Source of the DNA: an uncultured Clostridia bacterium
GTDB taxonomy: Bacteria > Bacillota > Clostridia > TANB77 > CAG-508
Direction: 5' to 3'
NCBI GenBank assembly: GCA_944392175.1
Contig: CALXVT010000002.1
Coordinates: 27,436-91,435, forward strand
DNA length: 64,000 bases
Position 1 is the stretch's first letter, and the number at the start of each line of letters is the position of its first letter. The notes beneath the pieces were generated by a model that was not told the DNA's origin, did no database searches, and saw nothing but the letters and a program-made list of their open reading frames with translations. The translations under genes were made by a program, and so were the position numbers. Positions 27,595 to 36,761 of the stretch are shown piece after piece.

Positions 27595-28503
27595 TTATTC
27601 TATTGAAAGAGTAATCATTCCAGCAAGTATTAAAGCAATTAAAACATACTGTTTCTTACTTAATTTTTCTTTTAAGAATATCCTAGACAATATTACTGTA
27701 ACAACACTATATGCTGCAATATATGGTGAAGCCAAAGCTGCATCACCAAAAGCAAATGCATAAATATATGTATATTGTCCTGCAGTTTCTACTAATGTTC
27801 CTAGTAATTTTAATTTGTTTTCCTTAACTTTTGTATATTTATAATCTCTATCCTTAAACTTTACAATGATAGCACAAATAACTCCAATTATTCCATAAAT
27901 AAATGAATATGCAATTATTACTTGTTCTGCTGATAAATTAGCTTCTAATGTATAATCATCCATAAATGATCCAATACCATCTAAAAACCAATAGCCTAAA
28001 GCAAATGCAATTCCTTTTAAATATAACAAATATGCTCTTTTAGCATTTTTCTTATCAGCTTCTTTATCTCCTGATTCCAAACGTAATACTTCATCTTTAT
28101 TAATTGAAAGTAAAATCATACAAATTATTATTAAAGCTATTGCTATAATTTGTGGAATTCCTACTTCCTGTTTCAATAAAAATATGCAAAGTATTGTTGT
28201 TATTGCACATGATGAATTTTGAAGTGGTGATAATATAGATACTTTAACTAATGTCATTGCCTTATATGTACAAAACATTGATGCAATATATATTAACGCT
28301 ACTGGTAAATATGTTATTAATATATGTAAATTTATTTCTGTTCTAGTTATAAGCATAAACACTATTGCACAAATTCCTAAAATAATTCCATTAAATGATA
28401 TTAATTTTAATACACTATATTTTTCTATAGTTGATACTTTTTTAAATATTGTTTCTGATGTTCCCCACAATAATACAGTTATTGTTGCGAATAATAACCA
28501 CAT
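27595..28503 (-). CDS. EamA/DMT-family transporter
   Basis: 302 aa, 10 TM spans in a two-fold EamA repeat arrangement. Confidence 0.7.
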   Translation of the reverse strand: MWLLFATITVLLWGTSETIFKKVSTIEKYSVLKLISFNGIILGICAIVFMLITRTEINLHILITYLPVALIYIASMFCTYKAMTLVKVSILSPLQNSSCAITTILCIFLLKQEVGIPQIIAIALIIICMILLSINKDEVLRLESGDKEADKKNAKRAYLLYLKGIAFALGYWFLDGIGSFMDDYTLEANLSAEQVIIAYSFIYGIIGVICAIIVKFKDRDYKYTKVKENKLKLLGTLVETAGQYTYIYAFAFGDAALASPYIAAYSVVTVILSRIFLKEKLSKKQYVLIALILAGMITLSIE

Positions 28504-28787
28504 AAAAACTCTCTCCTTTCAAATTTATCTTAATTTTTTTGAAAGTTTTACGGACCATTTATTCTTATTATTTTATTTAATATTAAGTATTTATATCTTT
28601 TTCTTAAGAATTGAGTTGAATGTGTATAATGCCTAAATTGTAATACATTTATCAAATCATTTCTCCCCTTTTTAAAATTACGCCAATATTATATTATCTA
28701 GGCTTATCTTTGTCAAACTCTTAATACTTAAGAGCAAAATTTTAGAGGAAGCTTATATTATAAACTTCCTCTATTTTTCGCACATTT

Positions 28788-30125
28788 TTACTTTGAATGC
28801 CGAACCTTATCTTCGTAAATTTTAAAAGCCTCACCTCTTTTAAGAATTAAAACATTTAAACCTTTCTTCTTTTTTAATTCTTCTTGGGCTTTTTCCTTAC
28901 TCTCACTTTCTCCATGCCCCAAAAATACAGCATTTACATTTGTAAATCCATTGATTAATTCTTTAATTTCATCAATATAGTAATGTAATGAAAATTCATC
29001 ACTATGAAAAACAGTTGCTATCTTTTTATATTCTTTATTACCAATCTTTACCTGACTTCCCTTTTCCACCATTAATCTTTCTGCCAAAGATCCTTTAAAT
29101 GAATGATTAAGGAAAAAAATAGTCCAAGACTCTTTACCTATAATCAAAGGAAGGTAATATTGAATTGCACCATTATTAGAAATAATAATGATTTTTCTTC
29201 TACTCTCATATAGCGCTATCTTTCGATCATTCGAATTATTTACCAAATTAAAATTAAATGGTATAACATTTGGATTTACATTTTTTAAAGAAAATGACTT
29301 CTTTACCTCTAAATAAATCGGTATTTCAGTGCTTAATCCCTCCTGTTGCATATTTTTAATAATATATAGTGGATCTTCAAATTTTTCACCACCAACAATA
29401 GAACATAATACAGATTTTCCTTCGTATATAGCCTTTTTGAATTCTTTTTCAAATATAGGTACTGGTCTATTTTTAGCACCATTTGTAGCTTCAGTGATTA
29501 TAGTTATTGGTTGGTCATATTTCTCATCATTTGGGAAATATGATTTTCCAAATATACTTTTCTTTTTATAATCTCCTGTTATAAGAATTCTTATCCTATG
29601 ATTCCCATATTTATATATAATTTTATACATAACAGCACCTTTAGTATGTGAATTATTATATGCAATAATCTCTACATTTTCGTCTAAAACCATAGTTTTA
29701 TTTAATTCTACTATACGGGAACTATTTATTAATTTCATAGCGTCTTCTTCATCATGTACTGGTTCTTCTTTTTTTCTTTTACTGCAAAAATAATTTTTTA
29801 AAGCTGTACTTTTAATTATTTCTACAGTATATTCTGAAGCATATACTTTTCCAGAATATCCTTGGTGATAAAAACCTGCCAATCTCCCCATATGATCTAT
29901 ATGCTCATGGGTAACAAAAACATATGAAATTTTTGACGGATTACATATAAAATCTTTATTTAAAACTTTATATTCGTCTGTCAAAAAAGTTCCACAATCA
30001 AATACTATTTCAGGTTCTTTTTTTCCATTAGGAAAATTAGGTTTTAAATATATAAATGAACCTGTTACTGTAGAACTTCCGGATTCCATCCGAACCCAAA
30101 AATCTTTTAATGCTTTCCCTTTCAT
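28788..30125 (-). CDS. metallo-beta-lactamase-fold hydrolase with beta-CASP-like C-terminal half
   Basis: HxHxDH motif VTHEHIDHMG. Later motifs are ITEATNG, FSLH and LGHGE. ATG 30125 is preceded by AGAGGAGAG; the track's start at 30203 has no RBS. Confidence 0.7.
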   Translation of the reverse strand: MKGKALKDFWVRMESGSSTVTGSFIYLKPNFPNGKKEPEIVFDCGTFLTDEYKVLNKDFICNPSKISYVFVTHEHIDHMGRLAGFYHQGYSGKVYASEYTVEIIKSTALKNYFCSKRKKEEPVHDEEDAMKLINSSRIVELNKTMVLDENVEIIAYNNSHTKGAVMYKIIYKYGNHRIRILITGDYKKKSIFGKSYFPNDEKYDQPITIITEATNGAKNRPVPIFEKEFKKAIYEGKSVLCSIVGGEKFEDPLYIIKNMQQEGLSTEIPIYLEVKKSFSLKNVNPNVIPFNFNLVNNSNDRKIALYESRRKIIIISNNGAIQYYLPLIIGKESWTIFFLNHSFKGSLAERLMVEKGSQVKIGNKEYKKIATVFHSDEFSLHYYIDEIKELINGFTNVNAVFLGHGESESKEKAQEELKKKKGLNVLILKRGEAFKIYEDKVRHSK

Positions 30126-30248
30126 AATATTCTCTCCTCTATAATTATATTTTGGATATATAAGCACCATCAAACATTGTTGATGATTATGTTGAATCTT
30201 CACATTAATGTTATATTATCATAGACATTTTATATATACAATAATTTT

Positions 30249-31439
30249 TTAGTTTAATATTTTTTGTGTTACCATAGGTGTTTCATTAGTTATTTTCTTA
30301 AATTCATATCCATTTTTCTTTCCATATTCAATTATTCCTCTAAGAGCTTCTACTGTTTTTTTATTATTTGCGAAATCATGCATAAGTACTATATTATTCC
30401 TTCCTTTTCTTAAACCTTTTGTAACATTTTTATATACTCCTTCACTTGTTCTAACATCTCCGGAATCTCCTGAGCTGACATTCCAATCATAATATAAAAA
30501 ACCTTCTTTTAACACTTCTCTAGACAATCTACTCATAATTCCTGGATTAAATTTACTAACTGTATTTGAGCTTCCTCCTGGGAATCTAGTAATATTAGTA
30601 TTTATACCTGTTGATTCTTTAATTTTATTTTGTAAATCTTTTATATTTCTCATATATGTATCTTCTGATTTATAAATTTTTCTATATTCATGTGAATATC
30701 CATGTATTCCAATACTATGTCCTTCTTCTACTTCTCTTTTTAATATTTGTTCTTTTTTCTTATCGTAATCTAACACAAAAAATGTTGCTGGAACATTTTC
30801 ACTTTTTAATATATCTAATATTTTTGGAGTTGTATACCTGCTTGGTCCATCATCAAATGTTAAATATATAACACTTTTTCCGCTTTTCTCTGTATAATTT
30901 ATATATCTTTCTTCTGTAGTTTCATTTCCAGATGAATCTGTTACATGATAAATAATTTTATCTTGAAAATCATTTACCTTTATTGGCTCTTTTGTTACTT
31001 TATTAGTTATATCACCATCATAATTATCTTGAGCCTTATATCCATCTTCTTCATAGCTTGTTCCTTTTGTCAAATTAACTATTCTGCTACCTTTTAATTC
31101 TATTTTAGGTTTTTCTAAATCCACTACTTTAATAGTTCTTTCTAAATTTCCAGACTTTTCAAATTCATAATTTATTTTATATTCACCTATATGATCTGTA
31201 TCAACATTTCCTATTGCTTGAACTTTGTTACTAATATCTTCACCTTTATATGTTGCATTTACGCCTTCTTCTACATAATTACTTTTCACCGGTAATTCTA
31301 TAGTAGCTTTACCTCTTAGTTGAATAACTGGTTTAGGCTTTAAAAATCCAAAACTAAAATGAGTTGCAAGTATTATAAAAATTATTATTAAAGTACAGCA
31401 AATTATTCTTCCTTTTCTTATTCTTTTTTTACTTTTCAT
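30249..31439 (-). CDS. pdaV: membrane-anchored polysaccharide (peptidoglycan) deacetylase, PdaV-like
   Basis: N-terminal TM span, two Ig-like segments (DNYDGDITNKV), and NodB motifs LTFDDGPS and HGYSHE. ATGA overlap with rsiV. Confidence 0.7.
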   Translation of the reverse strand: MKSKKRIRKGRIICCTLIIIFIILATHFSFGFLKPKPVIQLRGKATIELPVKSNYVEEGVNATYKGEDISNKVQAIGNVDTDHIGEYKINYEFEKSGNLERTIKVVDLEKPKIELKGSRIVNLTKGTSYEEDGYKAQDNYDGDITNKVTKEPIKVNDFQDKIIYHVTDSSGNETTEERYINYTEKSGKSVIYLTFDDGPSRYTTPKILDILKSENVPATFFVLDYDKKKEQILKREVEEGHSIGIHGYSHEYRKIYKSEDTYMRNIKDLQNKIKESTGINTNITRFPGGSSNTVSKFNPGIMSRLSREVLKEGFLYYDWNVSSGDSGDVRTSEGVYKNVTKGLRKGRNNIVLMHDFANNKKTVEALRGIIEYGKKNGYEFKKITNETPMVTQKILN

Positions 31440-32293
31440 TTTTCTTCATCCTTTATCTCAAACTCTTGTATTCCCATATATCCAGGAGCTATTTCATATT
31501 TATTAAAAACAACCACTGGATTTTTATTTTCATTTATATAAAAATTCTGATCTTTCGATATTCCCTTAAAATAATTATCTATATTATCATTTTCATTAAA
31601 AAATAACTGATTTTTATCTTTTTCTTCCCTTTCGGCAATTTGATTTCTTATTTCTTTATTTATAGTATCTTCATAATTATTTCCTAATAATTCCTCAAGT
31701 GTAATTTCATTTCCACTTTCTAAATTAAAATTATATGTATATAGATCTTTTGATGTAGTATTTATACCTTCTTCTTTTATTAAAACAAATGATAAAATAT
31801 TATTTTGATTATATTTTATTTCATAATCAATTCTTACATTTACTTTTGGATATATACTACCTCTTCTATCTTTATAATTTATTTCCTTTTTTATCTCATC
31901 TACTGATAATTCTGATTCTTTTTCTAATTCTTTAATCTTATTTGCAATAATATTATTTATTTTTTCTTCTACATCTTTATTATTTGTAATTATTGCTGGT
32001 TCTTTTACATTTATTATTTCTGAATCATCTTCTTTAAAGTATTCCCTTATTGTGAAAATTGACGTTATCTTTCCAATTACTGGGATATCATTCACTGTAT
32101 TCGCAAAACTTGGATTAACATTTAATAATAATATAAAAAGTAAACAAACTGAACTACATACTGTTACTACTCTATTAATATAAAATCTACTTTTATTTTT
32201 ATTTATTCTTAATGCATTATTTACCTTATATTCTAATTTTTCAGGTATTTTTATGGATTCATATATCATTTTACTTTCTTTTATTTTTTTCAT
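31436..32293 (-). CDS. rsiV: anti-sigma-V factor RsiV-like (TM + DUF3298/DUF4163-type ectodomain)
   Basis: 285 aa with a single TM span after a short cytoplasmic N-terminus. Lies between an ECF sigma gene and a deacetylase gene. Confidence 0.65.
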   Translation of the reverse strand: MKKIKESKMIYESIKIPEKLEYKVNNALRINKNKSRFYINRVVTVCSSVCLLFILLLNVNPSFANTVNDIPVIGKITSIFTIREYFKEDDSEIINVKEPAIITNNKDVEEKINNIIANKIKELEKESELSVDEIKKEINYKDRRGSIYPKVNVRIDYEIKYNQNNILSFVLIKEEGINTTSKDLYTYNFNLESGNEITLEELLGNNYEDTINKEIRNQIAEREEKDKNQLFFNENDNIDNYFKGISKDQNFYINENKNPVVVFNKYEIAPGYMGIQEFEIKDEEK

Positions 32294-32294
32294 T

Positions 32295-32786
32295 CTATTT
32301 TTCCTTTCTTATCAATATTTTTAATTCTTTAATTGCTTTGTATAGTCTTGATTTTGTAGTACTTATATTGACTTTTGTTATTTTGGAAATTTCTTCTAAT
32401 GACATACTTTCAAAAAATCTTAAAACTATTACAGTTCTTAGCTTTGGATTTAATTTATCTATTGCAGTATACAAATCAATCACTTCAGCTATATTGTCAT
32501 CTTTTGTAGAAAGATTATATTCATCTATATTAAATGTATTTTCTTTTTTATTTTTCTTTATTGCTTGTAAACATTCATTAATTAAAATCCTATAAAACCA
32601 TGTTTTTATGTATTCTTCTTTTTTTAACTTATGCAAATTTGTTAATGCTTTTATAATTGCATCTTGTACAATATCCAAGGCCTGATCCTCATTCTTTACA
32701 TATTGAAAAGCCATTCTATAGAATTTTTCTTTGTTTTCTGTTACATATTCTGTTAATATTTCTTCTAATTGGTTCTTTGCTAGCAC
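32295..32786 (-). CDS. sigV: ECF-type RNA polymerase sigma factor (SigV-like)
   Basis: 163 aa. Region 2 (DIVQDAIIKAL...WFYRILINE) and region 4 (LRFFESMSLEEISKITKVNISTTKSRLYKA). GTG start after AGGGGGA. Confidence 0.75.
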   Translation of the reverse strand: MLAKNQLEEILTEYVTENKEKFYRMAFQYVKNEDQALDIVQDAIIKALTNLHKLKKEEYIKTWFYRILINECLQAIKKNKKENTFNIDEYNLSTKDDNIAEVIDLYTAIDKLNPKLRTVIVLRFFESMSLEEISKITKVNISTTKSRLYKAIKELKILIRKEK

Positions 32787-33050
32787 TTTTTCCCCCTATT
32801 TTTATATAATTAATTATATTTTTTCATTTACACTTTATTAGATTATTTTTTAATACAAAAAGTTTAAATTTTTTTGTTTTTTTAAAATACTATATTTTTT
32901 TTATCAATGCAATAGTTTTTATATTTATTGATATAAGCGGATTTTTACAATCAAATTATAAAATATGAACTATAAAATTTCGAAGAATATGGATTAGAAA
33001 ACTTAGAGGAATAATTTGACTTTTATTAGTTTCTATGCTAATATATAAGT

Positions 33051-33132
33051 AGCTTAAGCAAATGTGTCTTTAATCGTATGAAGTCAATTTGCTATCAGTA
33101 TGTGTACTGCAATTGCACATACTATTTTTTTG
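33051..33132 (+). ncRNA. candidate ~80-nt antisense sRNA (antitoxin-like) with intrinsic terminator
   Basis: Promoter TTGACT (33016-33021)-17-TAATAT (33039-33044). Stem agcaaat/atttgct (33057-63/33087-93) presents aatcgtatgaagtca (33072-86) in its loop. Terminator stem 33097-33123 is followed by a 7-nt T-run. Confidence 0.5.
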
Positions 33133-33134
33133 CC

Positions 33135-33169
33135 TAAAAAAAACAGAAGCGAACTGCAATTTCACTTCT
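33135..33169 (-). terminator. terminator of the 29-aa ORF transcript
   Basis: Minus-strand hairpin agaagug/cgcuucu (includes a G-U pair), followed by an 8-nt U-run (plus A-run 33136-33143). Confidence 0.55.
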
Positions 33170-33194
33170 ACTTCCGACTATGTATTGTATACTC

Positions 33195-33284
33195 CTAGTC
33201 TTTGTCTTCGTTTGTTTCTTCAGCTTTTGATTTTTCTGCTAAAAGCATATCTATCAATTGCCAAATCAAATCGTATGAAGTCAT
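33195..33284 (-). CDS. 29-aa peptide MTSYDLIWQLIDMLLAEKSKAEETNEDKD
   Basis: AGGAGG RBS 8 nt upstream. Promoter TTGTAA-17-TAAAAT (33357-33329, minus). A 5' UTR hairpin lies next to the SD. Too short for the ORF track. Confidence 0.45.
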   Translation of the reverse strand: MTSYDLIWQLIDMLLAEKSKAEETNEDKD

Positions 33285-33407
33285 AATTTACTATCCTCCT
33301 TTCTACCTTTAAGCGAAAGGTTGGTAGTATTTTACAATAATTCTATTCAAATTACAAATCAATAAATTCCCTAATTTTCTGTATATTTTAATATTTTTCT
33401 CGCTTTA

Positions 33408-33660
33408 CTACCTTATTACAGTTAGTTTCACATTTTGACCATTATCTAATTTATTTTCTAAAATATTATTTTTCTTGTATATATTCTCTAATGTATAAGC
33501 ACTTTTTATCTCATACTGACTTTAGTTTATAATTATCTTTTAAATATTGTGCTAATAATCTTAAAGTTTGTTCATAACTCCCTATTGTTTTTGTTGATAA
33601 GTTCTTACTTGCACAGTAATCAAAAAATTTATCTACATCATAATAAATTTGCTCTAACAT
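33408..33660 (-). pseudogene. tyrosine recombinase/integrase N-terminal relic (frameshifted, catalytic domain missing)
   Basis: Own translation MLEQIYYDVDKFFDYCASKNLSTKTIGSYEQTLRLLAQYLKDNYKLKSV*, an SAM-like N-terminal integrase pattern. It continues in another frame as EIKSAYTLENIYKKNN... and then stops. Confidence 0.55.
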
Positions 33661-33877
33661 CAAAAAAACTTTCCTTTTTCAAAAATTCATGTTATAAATA
33701 TTCAAAACATGAACCAATGAATAAGAAAAGTTTATTGTTTTTTGACTATTTCATTTATTGGTTTAGTAGCGGATTTTTCACTAAATCAATATATTTTTTC
33801 ATATACCTTTAATAGGCATAGTAGTGATTATTTTTTCCAATATTGTATATCTTGCGCTTCTATGGTTTGCTAAAATG

Positions 33878-34696
33878 TTAAGCTGTTTTTAATTCAAGTC
33901 TTAACTTATCTGCAATCATTGCAATAAACTCTGAATTTGTAGGTTTGCCTTTGCTTGCAGAAACAGTATATCCAAATATATTTTCTACTTCATCTGCTTT
34001 TCCTCTACTCCAAGCGACTTCTATTGCATGACGAATTGCTCTTTCTACTCTACTTGGTGTTGTATGGAATTTTTTAGCTATATCGGGATATAATTGTTTT
34101 GTTATTTGATTTATTACTTCTATATCATTTACTACCATTATAATAGCTTCTCTTAAATATTGATATCCTTTTATATGTGCCGGTACTCCCACTTCATGAA
34201 TCATATTTGTAACTAATGCTTCTAAATTATTTGAATTTCTTTTATTTTCTGGGGAAATATCTATATATTGTGGTTTGTTTTCCCTGGCAATAAAACTATT
34301 ATTGTTTTGTGCTGGTTGATAATATTTTAATTGTTTAATTCTTTTTATTAATAATTCTATATCAAATGGTTTTACTACATAATATTGTGCTCCTAACGCT
34401 ATTGCCCTTTGTGTTATTTTATCTTGCCCTACAGCAGATAACATTATACAAATTGGTTTCTTGTTCATAGTTAACTCATTTAATTTTTCTAGTACTCCTA
34501 TTCCATCTAAATGTGGCATTATTACATCCAATAGTAATATATCTGGATGAGTTCCTTGCATTATTTCTAATGCCTCATTTCCATCTTTAGCAATTCCAAC
34601 AACTTCAACGTCCTCCGTTTTTTCTAGATATGCTGATAATGTTCTTGTAAAATCTATATTATCATCAGCAATCAATATGGTAATCTTATCTTTCAA
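33878..34696 (-). CDS. spo0A: sporulation master regulator Spo0A
   Basis: Receiver domain ILIADDN...[15 protein letters not shown]-terminal Spo0A box [20 protein letters not shown]. The TTG at 34696 follows GGGGGAAG and gives (M)[12 protein letters not shown]; the track's longer N-terminus is unlikely. Confidence 0.95.
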   Translation of the reverse strand: MKDKITILIADDNIDFTRTLSAYLEKTEDVEVVGIAKDGNEALEIMQGTHPDILLLDVIMPHLDGIGVLEKLNELTMNKKPICIMLSAVGQDKITQRAIALGAQYYVVKPFDIELLIKRIKQLKYYQPAQNNNSFIARENKPQYIDISPENKRNSNNLEALVTNMIHEVGVPAHIKGYQYLREAIIMVVNDIEVINQITKQLYPDIAKKFHTTPSRVERAIRHAIEVAWSRGKADEVENIFGYTVSASKGKPTNSEFIAMIADKLRLELKTA

Positions 34697-34838
34697 TTTT
34701 CTTCCCCCTAGTAATAAATTTGTAAATATTTTACAGTTCAAATTATATTCTGTTTTTCCATTTTTTGCAAGTGATTTTTGGAAATTTTTTCAAGTATTTT
34801 TGGAAATATTTGTAATTATAGTTGTTGCATGCATTTTT

Positions 34839-35456
34839 CTAAATATATCTTTCTTTTATTACCATATATTCTTTGATATTAAAATTTAATTTTTCTTTAT
34901 TTTCAAAAATATTTCTATCTTCTTCTTTAATTTCTATTTTTAATGTTACATCTTCATTATATTTTATATCTATTATATTTAAAGAATTCATTCTGCAAAA
35001 ATATTTCATTTTCTCTAAATCTTTATATTCTAAAACTATTTTTACTTCTATTCCTTTTGTTTTATTTATTAAATTACTATTTTCTATTACATTCTCTGTT
35101 GCTTGTGAATAAGCTCTTACTAAACCTCCCGTACCTAGTAATATTCCTCCAAAATATCTTGTTACTATAACTAGAACATTGCAAATATTTTTTTGTTTTA
35201 AAATATTAAGCACAGGTGCACCAGCAGTTCCAGATGGTTCTCCATCATCACTACTTCTTTCTATTACATTTTCTTCTTTTAACACTCTATACGCAAAGCA
35301 ATTATGTCTAGCATCATAATATTTTTTCTTAATTTCTTTAATTTTGTTTTCAGCCTCTTCTTCACTTTGTACAGGACAAATTGTTCCTATAAACTTTGAT
35401 TTTTTTTCTACTATTTCACTTTTTTCTTCTTTTTCTATTGTTTTAAATTCTCTCAT
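34839..35456 (-). CDS. YigZ/IMPACT-family protein
   Basis: 205 aa. SKFIGTICPV...ARHNCFAYR...DDGEPSGTAGAPVL signature. Confidence 0.8.
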   Translation of the reverse strand: MREFKTIEKEEKSEIVEKKSKFIGTICPVQSEEEAENKIKEIKKKYYDARHNCFAYRVLKEENVIERSSDDGEPSGTAGAPVLNILKQKNICNVLVIVTRYFGGILLGTGGLVRAYSQATENVIENSNLINKTKGIEVKIVLEYKDLEKMKYFCRMNSLNIIDIKYNEDVTLKIEIKEEDRNIFENKEKLNFNIKEYMVIKERYI

Positions 35457-35482
35457 ATTATATTTTTAAAGTTTCCTTTCTA

Positions 35483-36757
35483 TTAGTCATTATTTAGTCC
35501 TGCAGTATATCCTGTAGAATACGCAATTTGCAAGTTAAATCCACCAGTATAGCTATCAACATCAATTATTTCACCCGCAAAGTATAATCCACTTATTAAT
35601 TTGGATTCCATAGTCTTTGGATTAATTTCTTTTATATTTATTCCACCACTGGTCACTATTGCTTCTTCTATAGGTCTAAAGCCTGTAATTGTTAATTCAA
35701 ATTGTTTTATAGTTTTAATTAATTCTTCTCTTTCTATCTTTGTAATTTCATTTACCTTTTTCTCTTTTTTAATTTTTGATTTTTCTAATACAGGCTCTAT
35801 CATTTTTTTAGGCAATAATTTATCAATAGCATGTACTATCTGTTTATTTTTATTCTCTTCAAAATCCCTTAAAACTCTTAAATTAAGTTTATGCATATCT
35901 AGTGCTGGTTTTAAATCTATTTTTAATACAACCTTTTGTTCTTTTAATAAATTTTCTATATTTTTGTATCTTAATAAATGTGCTGAACTACTTAATACTG
36001 TTGGTCCTGACACTCCAAAATGTGTAAAAAGCAATTCTCCAAAATCAGAATATATCACTTTGTTTTTGGTTATATCCTCAATTTGCATTCCAATATTTCT
36101 TAAAGATAAACCTTGCATTCTTGTACATAATTCCAAATCATAACCTTTTACAGTTAGAGGAACTAATGAACCTTGTACTTTTTTAATAGTATGTCCTAAT
36201 TCTTTCGCCATTTTATATCCATCACCAGTTGAGCCGGTATTTGGATAACTTTTTCCTCCTGTGGCTAAAATCACTTTATCTGCTAACAGTTCTTTTGGTT
36301 CATTATCCTTTTTATCAATATATCTTACTCCAGTTACTTTATTATCTTTAGTTAAAATATGCCTAACATCTGCTTGTTCAATTACATTTATATTATATTT
36401 TTTCATTTCCTTTATAAATGCATTAAGTACATCCATTGATTTATCTGAAACCGGAAACATTCTATTTCCTCTTTCTTCTTTTGCCTCTACTCCATTTTGT
36501 TTTAATAATTCCAATATATCTTTATTTGTAAAATTCTTAAACGCACTATATAAAAATTTACCATTTCCAGGAGTATTTTCTATAAACTTATCCATTGATA
36601 AACTACTTGTTATATTACATCTTCCTTTTCCTGTAATAAGCAATTTTCTTCCACAAGTATTCATCTTTTCTAATAATATTACTTTATTTTTTTGCCTTGC
36701 TGATGATATTGCAGCCATCATACCTGCAGGGCCTCCTCCAATTACTATCACATTCAT
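35483..36757 (-). CDS. BaiN/RdsA (HI0933-like) NAD(P)/FAD-dependent oxidoreductase
   Basis: VIVIGGGPAGMMAA dinucleotide fold, GKGRCNITS motif, C-terminal GLYFAGEIIDVDSYTGGFNLQ. Confidence 0.8.
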   Translation of the reverse strand: MNVIVIGGGPAGMMAAISSARQKNKVILLEKMNTCGRKLLITGKGRCNITSSLSMDKFIENTPGNGKFLYSAFKNFTNKDILELLKQNGVEAKEERGNRMFPVSDKSMDVLNAFIKEMKKYNINVIEQADVRHILTKDNKVTGVRYIDKKDNEPKELLADKVILATGGKSYPNTGSTGDGYKMAKELGHTIKKVQGSLVPLTVKGYDLELCTRMQGLSLRNIGMQIEDITKNKVIYSDFGELLFTHFGVSGPTVLSSSAHLLRYKNIENLLKEQKVVLKIDLKPALDMHKLNLRVLRDFEENKNKQIVHAIDKLLPKKMIEPVLEKSKIKKEKKVNEITKIEREELIKTIKQFELTITGFRPIEEAIVTSGGINIKEINPKTMESKLISGLYFAGEIIDVDSYTGGFNLQIAYSTGYTAGLNND

Positions 36758-36761
36758 ATTT

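Noticed and set aside
32787-33015. SigV-type autoregulatory promoter (AAAC-N18-ATCTA) upstream of sigV
   Set aside because: The match to the TGAAAC...CGTC-type ECF promoter is weak, and the spacing is uncertain in very A/T-rich sequence.
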